Shown here piece after piece: positions 39,601 to 51,600 of a stretch of DNA of 64,000 nt. The stretch covers positions 10,602,001 to 10,666,000 of the forward strand of contig CM120642.1 in NCBI GenBank assembly GCA_051362555.1, written 5' to 3'. The notes beneath the pieces were generated by a model. The model saw nothing but the letters and a program-made list of their open reading frames with translations. It made no database searches and had not been told where the DNA came from. Position 1 is the first letter of the stretch. Every line of letters begins with the position of its first letter. Position numbers and translations under genes: made by a program. This stretch comes from Lingula anatina (Eukaryota > Animalia > Brachiopoda).

Positions 39601-42600
39601 AGAATATTAACCACATTTTTTATGTGAAATCATACCATTTCTTTATTGTCAGAATTTTCCAAGACCACCTATACAGTAGGATTTATCACAAAGTCTTGTA
39701 CTGAAACATACTGTAATATAGCTTAAATGCTATTGCACACCATTTTCCACATGCAATTTAACTCATACATGTATAATGGTTGGAGTAGTTGTGGTCTTTT
39801 TACCACCTTTTTGGCAAATTTCCCTCATAAAATGGCGTATATAGCCTTGGCATTATGTGGCTGTATATTTAATCTCCTGTCTTGGCATTCTCTTATAATA
39901 CGATGATCTATAATCCATCTTTTTTGACACTTGTATATATTAATTTTTGAGCTAATGAATGTGCTGCATTGCCTGTATTGGTTTGTGGGCATTTTTCCTA
40001 TCACAAAACTCTTCTTCAATGGAGGAAAACCCCTGTGCAATTAGGTGTCTACAAATTGCAGACCTGATAGTGTTTCCCCTGACTGTTTATCCAAGAGTCT
40101 AGAATAGAAGCTGACAAGATAGCGAGGGCATTGACAAGTGTTGGCAGAGGAGCTGATTAAGCTTGATTAGTTATTTAATTGTTTATGTAGGTTTCATTGA
40201 CCTTTTGACTCCAGATACATATATATTAAGTGTTTTGGAAATATACTATGTGCTGTACATCAACACGTGGCTTTTTTCTTTTAATTTTTAGAATATATCA
40301 TATGTAATTTTTGCATTGTAAAATTGTTAGGTCATAGCCTTTGTAGAAAAAGTGTTTTATCAAGAAATATTAAAGAAAAACAGAAAATTGTAATTACAAT
40401 TTTTGACCATGGCCCATGACTTAATTTCAATGGTGTTGATCAGAACACGACCTATGGTGAGATAATCATAATCTTATGGGCTGCTGCCAGAGCACATTGT
40501 GTTGAAGCTGTACTGTGTAGGATTCCCCCCACCCCCCCCCAAAAAAAAATTAAAGATAAATAAATAAATAAAAATCTCATAATAAGCCAAATTTCCTAGG
40601 GTAAAGTAAAAAGTATGATCCTCCTATCTTGACACTCCCCATAACTCGTAACAATCTGTTTAAATTAGAAGGTCCTTAACCAGTGCTCAAGCAATCAATC
40701 AATATCCGATGTCAAGGCCACACCATATGTCACTCTTTAATGGAGGAACCCCTCTCGCAGCTATCTCCACAGGCAATAGTCCTTGGTCTTGCTTGGCCCA
40801 GTAGGTCCTAGATGGTGGTGGAGTTTGTCCCTCCATCTGGGTCCCATAACTCGAAAGCATCGAGCATTGCGACCGAGCGCAAGCTTCTCAATTCTACAAC
40901 TCTCCCATACTCGCCTCATATAATACATTATAGCCTCGATGTGATATCACTATTCGCAATACACGATGCTTTCGAGTTACGGGGCCCTGGTCTTTGGTCA
41001 GCTCTGCTGTCTTGCCTGCTGCCTTAAAGCCACTCTGTTGTTCTGATGGTATAGAGGTTGTCTTGAAATCTTGCCACATGTCCGGCCCATACCCTCTACC
41101 AGGGCGACTGATAGATTTTTTACAGATATTCACAGATATGTCTCTAGATAGATAGATGGTCATTTTGGTTCTTAGTCTTAAAACCAAAATGACCATCTAT
41201 CTATGTAGAGACATATTAGTGAATATCTGTAAAAAATCTATCAGTTGCCCTGGTAGAGGGTATCCGGCCCTTTTGTGCTTGTTTGTCATGATGGTCTCGT
41301 AAATGTCTCTGATCTTTGTCTGTTCCTGGATCCAGGTGTTTTTCTTCTGATCTTGCAGTGTGATGCCGAGCATTATCCCTTCTCTCTCTTGCTGAGCAAC
41401 TGAAAGCATATTTGTGTTGGTCATTGCCCACGTCTCGCTGCCATAGGCCATCACAGACAGCACTTGCTCGTTGAACACCATGCTCTTGATTTACTTGCTG
41501 GGTTTGTTGCTCCTCATGATGTTATCCACTGTCCCAAATGCTGCCCTACCCAGTGCTATCTGCCATTCTTGATCTTTTGCAGCAGGTCTCCATTTTTGGT
41601 TAATGTCTTGTTGAGGTGCACATACATGTTGCTGTTCACCTCCTCGTCAACGTTAACTTTTGCTCTCATGGCATGATTGTAAGTCATCACCTTGGTCTTT
41701 CCCAGGTGCATGTTGAGGTCATCCAACTTGCTGGTGTTGTGGCTGTTAGTGAGCATGTCGTAAATCTACGGGCTTTGTCACTACCAAGATGGATGTCATC
41801 AGTGAAGAGTACAGGGTTGAATGCTCAATTAATGGTTGTTCAAATTCCACTATCCATTCAATCTCAGTTCTAGTGCTGACTGCCAGATTCAGCCCAAGAT
41901 GGTTGATGGGTGGCAAGGTTCTTCTGAAAGGAGTAAATTTAATTATTTTGGCAACCTTTGCCAAACACTTTTTGTTTTCAATTTGTATTTACATGACTTT
42001 CAATGGTTGAAATTATTGCAGTGTATTTTTCTCTGGTTGGTACCTGTATCTTTGCTAGCTTAGTTGTCTAGTCTCATAATTACAGGAGTATGTATGATAG
42101 TACAGTGTGTGTTTATTAACATTTGCTCACATTCTTGCCAAATGTCATACTTCTAGAGTGTGGTATTTGTACCGAAGCCAAGTGTTATAATTAAGCTTAT
42201 TATACATTTTTGTGCTATGTTACCATGGTATGGGGTAAGTAATATATGATGGGGTAAATATCACTGAAGTAAATTATCAAACAAAACTTCATGCTTTTAT
42301 GTCCTTGACCTTGGGCTCTGCAATATGTACATTTTTATTTATGGTATATTACATGATGAAAGCACGTGCGTTTATATATTGGGGATGTTTTGTCAGGATA
42401 ACATTTATTCTTACATATTATTGGAACATGATTGTGTTGTATTGTATTTGCTTGGGATGTCGTATGTCATTGCAGCTTATTAAACTCGGTAAAATAAAGC
42501 CCAAAAGGATGAAGGCTGGTCGTGATATTGTTTCATAAAAAGTGACAAAAAGTGGAAAAGGAGCTAAGTCTTGTGAATCCAAATTGTGGAATGAAGTAGA

Positions 42601-45600
42601 GTCATGAATTGAATGGTGTGTTTGGAAAACCTTTTGTCTTTTCCAAGAAAGGGAAGATTAAAGGTTGGTTAGTCAAGGGGAAAGTGCTTTTTACCTTGAA
42701 AAAATCTGTTAGATATGAGTTTTCGGTGGGAAAGTCCTAGCTTGGAATGCTTTAAGTTAGATTGTAAGTACTGAAGCAGCTGCATTTGCATTATAACAAC
42801 CTGCAGGTAAAGTAATGGGTTTTTTTCCGGCCTAATAACCGTTAGATTTTTCTGCTCTTCAACTGAGAGGCAGGTGAACCCCCACCTTGGCAGTTTAAGT
42901 GCAGAAGGTACGCTGCACTTGAAAATTACTTTGAAATGGCTATAGCAGTGATCCGAGTCATTTCCTTTAGACCTCAAATGGCCAAAAAAAACGGGACATT
43001 CAGTGTCTTTAATGTTTGTGTATGCTATCATCTGAGGTGTCTGGGAAAAAGAACATTTAGGTGCTTTCAGGATGACCTGCTAGACATTTGGATTAAGTGT
43101 CTTTCTAGATCGCATTTCTTGGAAATTGTGGGTCTTATTAAGTAGACAGTAGATCAGGATAATGGTAAATAAAATAGCGGAGGATATTTTAAGATTGACA
43201 CATAATCAAGAATATGTAAAGGAGTTGCTTACTCTTTGCTTTTTTTTGCTTAAAATGGCTTTATAAAAAGTTGGACATTACACTGAACAATAGGGTTTGC
43301 TCTTGTTTTCTGTGGTATGTATATACCTAACATTCAGGAGCATTAAGGACCAGACATTTATATTTCTTCTAAGTGATTGGTTCTGACATACATCTATGAA
43401 TCCTTAAAGATTTTAAGCTTATTTTACCTACTTCCACTTACAACAACACACCTGCAGGATAGAGTACTAGTAAGAAGCCTGGGGAAATGTGTTGTTTGTT
43501 GAAAATTCTTCTTTTCACCTTTGAAGTTTGTTTCTCAAGGACCATCTACTCAGTTCATGTGGGACTAAAAGCCTAAAGGGCAAAAATGATTTGTCCGAGT
43601 AGCATTTACCATGCATATTTGGTTAATACTTTGATAATTATGTGTTCTAAGTGATGTTCTGCAGTTATTGATTAATTACATGTATATGTACTTGAAAGCT
43701 AATGAGAATAAAGTTATTCCTTGACTCATTTAATGAGCTGGTTTTTTCTTTCAAAATGATAAAACAATAAATATATAAAAATAATAGATGGGGGGGGGGG
43801 GGGGGGGGGATTTACTGAGAGGGAGACTCTGATGGCTGGGAACCCCAAATTTATGTCCAGGTATGAATATGAGGAATATGCCTCATTGCTGTTTTTACCA
43901 TTGTCTTACGAGAGAGAAATGTGCTACACCATACCATACCATACCATACCATACCACACCATGCTACTACATTGTACATACCACACCACACCATACCATG
44001 CTACTCCATACCATACCATACCACGCTACTCCATGCTATACCATACCATACCATACCATAAATGGCATACCATACTATACTATCGGACTGTACCATAATA
44101 GACCACAATAAATGTTTTGAAATGTCTCATGGCTCAGTCTAATACACAGGTTTCTAAAAAAAATTGCCCTTTAGCCAAGTTGGTCTTAACTGCAGTACCA
44201 AGAGATAGAATAAATCCAATTCTAAGAATTTCTAATTGGCTTGGAGAAAGACACTTAATCAAAATGTCCAGCAGGTCATCCTGAAAGCACCTAAATGTTC
44301 AAGTGCATCTTTTTCCCAGACACTTCAGATGATAGCATATATAAACATGAAAGACACTGAATGTTTTGTGAGATATATCCTTATACTTTGTGATGTTACC
44401 AGTCAAATATCAGTACTAAAATAATTTGGAGCTTTCATTTGAAGCACAAACACCTTTGAGATTTGTAATTAGATTAAATTAAAAAAACAACAGACACTTT
44501 TAAATCAACTTATTTAAATGTTATTAATATTATTATTGTTTTTGTTATTTATTTTTAATACCTTGAATGGTTATTTTGGTAGTTTTAACTGACCTCAAGA
44601 GGGTCAAGGGGAAGAAAGATTTTAGATTTACCATGTTTTTACCTTCATAAAATAAAGTTAAATAAAATAAATAGTGGAAATAAGCAATTCTTTATGCCCA
44701 TGGCATCTTTCTTCCTGAGCTTTTAGTTGGTCCTTTTTGTGGTCCAAGTTATCTTTACCTAAACAAGAAAAAAATTAATGCATCACCTTTCTCACACACA
44801 CTGTCAACTGTTATCATTGCTTATACTTTTCTGGAACTACCTTTAGAGCAATTTATGTAGACAGACCAATTTGTGGTGAACTTGTTTTATGGCCAATTGG
44901 ATTTGATACATTCCCAGTAAATCACTTCTATTGAACTCCAGTGCTTTGTATCACTACTCATTTATTAAAAGTTTTCCCCCTGGAGATTGAGAAAACTGCC
45001 AGAAGTGAAAAGAAAAAAAAACTACCGTAATTTCCCAGTAATTTTAAGCATTGAACTAAGTGGAATATTCTCTTATCTTTTCAAGATTATCATTTTCAGT
45101 GCTTGCATAAATGAAACATCCATCAATTTTGGAAACTTTGTCAAATCTTTTTCAGTCTTATGAGCTAGTGCAGCAGATATTATGGCTACATAGCTACTTC
45201 ATTTTTTAAGGGGTATACAAACCTAGTTTATTAAGACCCATCTACCTAACTCCATTTCTGCTTGGATAATTCTTGTAGTTCTCCATGGATGTTTAAAATA
45301 ATGATGTATTTATTTAAGAATATGGCTTTAATATTCATACCAATTATTTAATCTTTGACAACATCAAAAAAAAAAAAAATAGTAAAAAGTTTGAAGAGTT
45401 CTGGATTGAGACTTGGACATAATAACGAATTATGTCCAAAATTGAGATAAGCTTCCAATTTTTGTAAGCCATTTTTCCAATTAATTTCAGTAAATACATA
45501 GATAAGTAAATGTTCTGGGATCAACAAAATATAGTCAATAAATTGTGGAGTATATATTTTAGAGAGTCATGTACTTCTGTCTATCTCCATCAAAGTCAGT

Positions 45601-48600
45601 GGTGTGTGTGTCCTCTCAGTACTGTAGGTGTGGTCTTTTGTCTTCATGTGTCACATGACTGAGTGACCACATTTTACATCCTACACTGAACAGTTTTGAC
45701 TATATTTTGTTGATCCCAGAACATCGGGAGGTTCTCCTAGCAGAGATACATTATATATAATGCAACATTGTATATATATTATATTAGTACACAAGTTATA
45801 ATTGATATTATATGATTATTTCTTTATTAGTTCTAGTTTAGTTACAGTATATGAATATATTTCATTAGTTAAAATTTTGTGTGACATTTAAACTTTAAGT
45901 TTAATAATTAGTGTCGCAGAGATAAAAATATATAATGTATCTCTGCGAGGAGAACCTCCCGATGTTCTGGGATCAACAAAATATAGTCAAATATATACTG
46001 AGAGGACACACACACCACTGACTTTGATGGAGATAGACAGAAGTACATGACTCTCTAAAATATATACTCCACAATTTATTGACTGTTTTGGTTATAAAAA
46101 AAAACATAAAACTCCTTATTGCACACGGCTTTCGGCTTTCTGCTATCGGCTATCGGCTATTGAATATTTGCGATGAACAATTTGAATAAAGCTAACCGTG
46201 TGCAATAAGGAGTTTTATGTTTTTTTTTATAACCAAAACAGTAAATGTCTTATATTGACACATTCATTTTTCTTTTGTATTATAGCTGACATTTATGATG
46301 AAGTGGAGCCCAGTATAGAGGGTTTGGGCCTGGACTGTGAGTGTGTTGGAGGAGGAAGGATGATTCATGATCCAGACAAGAAAAGCATACAGGTGTTTGG
46401 TTATTCCCAGGTAAGACAATGCATCTCATTCTGCTGGGACTCTTAATCTGTACAATCAGCTAAACTGAATGACACTCCTGCTTCTGGCATTAAGTAGACT
46501 ACAGAAAAGGTAGTGATGATATGAGTGCATGCATGGGTAACAAGAAGAGGCCTGTTATTTAGTTAAGCTGATTGCACTCGGTGAGAATCCCCGCACAGCT
46601 GGATCAGTCAACATAGACCGATGGTGTCAATGGGAATGGAGTCAATGACCTCGGTGGGATTTGAGGTGATCAAGCTGTCTTCTTTTGTGTAACTACCATG
46701 CCCCTAAACAATTAAACTGGCGCGGAGGAGAAAATGGCTGGGTTTAGTGTAATCACACAGCTGGACACTTGGAATATTCAGTTTTATATGGACTTAGGGG
46801 CCATTCAGAATGAGAAGATCCGAGTGCTAACTGGTCCACGGCCTAAATATGGCGAATCTACTAGTACATGAAAGGAAGACCTCTTAATCCTGTAATGGTC
46901 TTTCCGCCTCTCACACGCCTCCCCATGCGTTGTCCCTCGACCAGTCGAATTGAGACAATATTTAATTACTGTGCCCCTGCAGGGACGATACCTGGGGAGG
47001 CGTAAAAGAGGTGTAGACACCATTACAGGATTAAGCGGTCTTCCTTTCATGTAGGTCTGGCATATTTAGGCCGTAGACCAGCTAGCGCTCAGCTATTTTC
47101 ATTCTGAATGGCCCGTTACACATAATGTAACACAGACAGGGATATGTGGTACTCAACACCTACTAGTAGGTGTTAATTAAATTGTCCCCGCTGGTGAGGA
47201 ATGCATTCCACCTGATCATCTCAAATCAGACAGGGGTTTTTCATCCAATTTTGTAACAGCTGCAAAAGACTGAGAAAACCCCTGGCACTGCCCTTGTAGA
47301 GGGTACTTTGTGTGATATATAAATTTTAAAGAAAAACACAAGCATTTGTTGCAAAGTGTAACTTGTATTTGAAATTTAAGAACAGGGGCCATCTTTAGCC
47401 AGGGAAGCAAATTAAAGATGTCTTGCCAAGTGTGTATGCCAAATGGATTTCAAAGCACAATATTTATGCACTGTTAAGGCAAGATTTTAAAGGGATAATA
47501 ACTCCTCGTTTTGGCCAAAAATGAATTTTCCTGAAGTTAACAGCAATTTTCCCATACTTACCAATGGTTAAAAAATCCATTTTCACATTCAAAGTTAGTC
47601 CCTGTTTTTTTTCTAAAAAGTTTGATTTTTTGTTAAAATCTCTTAAGAGATTATAACAGAGTATAGCCATCAATGGAGGTCACGTGGTCTGAAGACAAGC
47701 TCAGATATCAGAATAATAGCTATAAGTTAACTGCTGTTTTTGTCGTAAAACAGAATATATTATATTTCTATGAGTTATTCTTAATGTTTTTATTGTGAAA
47801 TATAGATCTCATACGAAGAGTTATTATCCCTTTAATGTAGCTGAGGTACAGTATTAAGCATTAACAAATATGCTAGACTGAACATTCCCAGGTAGGAATG
47901 GCAGTGGATCTTGCATTCCGAGAGATTTAGATCGATCAATCCGGATCGACCTAACTCCCTGGGGTTCACGCTAATTTGCAGTCAGTCGAGCACACACAAC
48001 AGTTAATTACCCCCTTACAGCTTTTAGTAGGCGGGACAGACGCTTAAGCCAGCTAAGCTGACAGTAATCTAGTGAGACTCCCCACAGGGATAGATCTAAA
48101 ATCTGTTGGAATGGGGTCTTAGAGTATTGTTGGCAAATAACCCACTATTCTAAAGGTCTGGAAATAAGTATTTAGCAAGGTTGCTTCTTTGATGTGTAAA
48201 TTTTTATATTTGAAAGACCTGTTTAAGCATGTGGTCACAAAATGTAGGTGGCAGCACCTGTAATATTATTATACTTTAACTACATTTGTTGGAGCCAAGA
48301 GAGCCAACAGTGAAGACCATTTCTACAGAACTTCATGTACATGTAGTTTGAGTAGTAGATTCCTTGGTAAAACAGTATGCAGCATAAAATCTTTATACGA
48401 GTTACTGTCAAATTGTTGATATGAAATGGCTGCCCATACGTGTTCATGACATTATAATCACTGTGAGAAGTTTTATGAAAATAAAAAAAAGAAAGGGAAA
48501 TTAAAAAAAGAAACAAAGAAAGCATTTATGACTACAACAACAATGAACATAAAGATTGCATGATTGGCCTGTGCTCATTTGTTATTTTATACATTTTGAG

Positions 48601-51600
48601 CTGAGTTTAAGCAGTGATACAAAATTACCAAAACCTTAACAGTTGACTTAGTACTCAAATATATTGCTTGAGGACATATTATTCAAGTTCTTACACAGAC
48701 TTACATGCTTCTCAATGTCCAAATTTCCTACACAAATAAATTGCCAATTTTGTGATACATGTTCAGACTATATTACTTCAATGAGGAAATGTTGTTCTTC
48801 ATGGACAACAGATAGCTGGAGGCAATGTTCCTGAGTTCTCCTTTCTCTTAAACATGGAAAAGCCACTCAGATGTATGAGACACTTGACCTTCTTAACTAA
48901 TTTTAAGTAAATGTCATCATAATTGAAGTGAGTGGGGTTTGTTTTTGCTACCACATGAGTGCTTATGTGTCTTATGCTTCATGATAATTTAGCCTAAGGT
49001 AAAATCTTGACTCTGATTTTTGCTCAGTGAAAGTTGCTGGTGAACTCTTTTTAAAGTTAAGGCAATTGCTTTACTTTATTTATATCAGATATGCATTAGT
49101 TTTGAAACATACAAAATATAAATAGCAGGTTAGCTTTCCATTTTTGATGTAACAGAATATTTTTGGCCATTGTTTGACTAAAAGAAAGAAAAGAAAGAAA
49201 AAAGTAAACTGCAGTGTGTACACATGTTGACAACACCCATGGCATTTTGGCATTTCTGCTTGTGATCTTTTAAATTTAATTTTGTATTAGTTCCAGCTTT
49301 GATAGCACCTTAACCATGACCTGGATTGTTTTGATATAGTGAAATGTTCCTGAGATCAGATGTTTGCTGTTAAACCTCACCCTAAATCAGGGTCAGAAAT
49401 TACCATTGGCCACATATATTGTCCTTTTAGCAGGTCCAGTAAATACATGTATCTATACAGTATACAGAAAAAATGGTAAAAAGATTAATGAAACATTTAA
49501 GTGCTGAGGGGTCCTTAAATGCATTCTACTTTATGGTATTTACTGGCCGTCACTATTGGATTTCAAACTCGAAATAGAAATGTAAATGTACATTCTAATT
49601 AAGGACACTTCTTCCTCACAGTTACTTACATTACTACATAAGAATGAACTTTTGGAATTTTTTATTTATCTTTATTAAAAAGGACATGATTGCAGATATA
49701 CATCTGTAAGTATCTATTAGCTAGGTATTTTGAATGAAAACTTATAAGGAGACTAAAGCCAACGAAAAATCCAGTAAAATCAATTTTTTATATCAGTGGA
49801 ATCTGAACCAGTTTCTTAGATTTCATTCCAAAGTATAGTCATTTCTGGGTTTATCTTTTCAGTGGGGAAAATTGTGAATTTTACAGATAGTGGTTTTTTT
49901 TTTTTTTTTTTTTTTTTTAAATTCATGAATTTTTATTCTTAAAATTAGAACAGTCCTTTTGAGTGGTAGCAACAAAATTGAAAAAAAAAAAAAAAAAAAC
50001 TACCCTATACAGTTCTATGCCAATATTACAGTAAAAGCACCACAAATGCTATGCACAAATATAATTTTAATGATTCTAAAATTATGTCTGCCCATTGAAA
50101 AGATCAAATCATTATATCAGTCAATCTTTCAGTGTAATCAGTTTTATCAATTTTACATGTAATGTTAATTATGTAGAAATGGACTCCTTTTTTCTATACA
50201 ATAACTGTGTTGATTGATGGAAGAGAGCAAACTGTTTCTTTAATTTTAGGCCTTGGTCTGTTTTAAGCTGTTCTCATTGACATTTTTCCCAGTATCTCAG
50301 AATGTTTTGCATTTAAAAATAATATAATGTTAATTAAGCTGATTTATGATAAAAGTCATATATTAATTAAGAACCAACCATGGAAATGACCACCACATAA
50401 AAAGCCCCTTGAGAAAGGCATGCTGCCTGGTTTGCATGTGCTTAAAGCATCTGTTCCACCACTGACATGAATAACTCATCCATAAGATATACCCCTTTTA
50501 TTTTCAAGAGCTTTATTGATATCTTTTTTTCTTATTAGGTAGGGAAAGTGTTTATATAATTATCTTAACGAGATTGCTGTCAGTCCTCATATGTGCATAT
50601 ATGCATGGGCCTAAAATCTTTCTTTGTGTATACTAAAGCAGACAGATTGACTTGGTATAGAATGTTTTCCTGTAGAAAAGTCTTTAATAGTGGATTATTT
50701 TTGGGCCAATTGGATGAAAATGATTTGTCTTTACACCCACCTTTATGTCGTTTTTAAGGTTCTATTTCACATGAAGCCTGTTCCTTACTGTTCAAAATTT
50801 GGCAAATTAAATACCTAGGGCAAAGAGCGAATGCACCCTGAATAGTCCAAAATACTTCAATTCATCCAGTAGGCTTAAAGAAGTAGCTAAAATCTGCAAA
50901 TTCATTACAGTACTTCAAATTATTTCCAGAGATGCACACAATGCGAGAGGACAAGTGCCCAGGGTTGGAATCCTTTATTATAAATTCAGATGATTTTTAT
51001 GGCAAGGGGACATCTTTCAGTCGTTCCGTACATTTCTGCTTTAGAAAGGAACCAAACCAAAATACTAACAGTATCCTCCAAAGAAAGGCTCTTCATCTAT
51101 AACCTTCTCCACATTCAAGCACATGGCATGGCTTGTTATATATTGGATCAATCTAAAACTGCTTTGTGTGAAGGTATCCATAGGCACCCTTTGCCTTTTA
51201 TTTTCATGCACTGTATATTTCACATTTGTTCAGGGTGAAGGGTAATTTAAAATATAATATGGTGGTATATAAGAAATATGTCTGGCTGTGGCCAATCTAA
51301 ATCTACATCCCAGATTTTATTAACTTTAAGAAAAGGGGGTGACAATTTGATTTTCAACATCAGCTCATGTTGAAAGTGGCTGGCTTGCAACTTCAACATT
51401 GGCATGGGTCTTAAAACAATACTGAGCATACATATTAGGCAATTGTCTTACTATGAAAGAAAAAAATTAGTAACAGGCAGTCATTACAGAGTATGTACAG
51501 CAAAGGTTAGTAGTTTGATACTCTGGATGACCGAAGGCTGATTGGCAAACACACCAAGAACAAATGTTACAATTAAGTTCAGATATGTTCAGAATGTCCA

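Larger units (their letters stand above)
40735..41760 (-). mobile_element. 5'-truncated, decayed RTE-like non-LTR retrotransposon (C-terminal part of the RT ORF)
   Basis: Frameshifted peptides MHLGKTKVM, VFNEQVLSVMAYGSETWAMT, MLGITLQDQKKNTWIQEQTKIRDI, AGHVARFQDN..RTTEW and PKTRWRDKL...WR*LREGF; interrupted by two MITEs. Confidence 0.85.

Noticed and set aside
43832-44111. His/Tyr/Pro-rich ORFs
   Set aside because: These are translations of the (ACCAT)n microsatellite.
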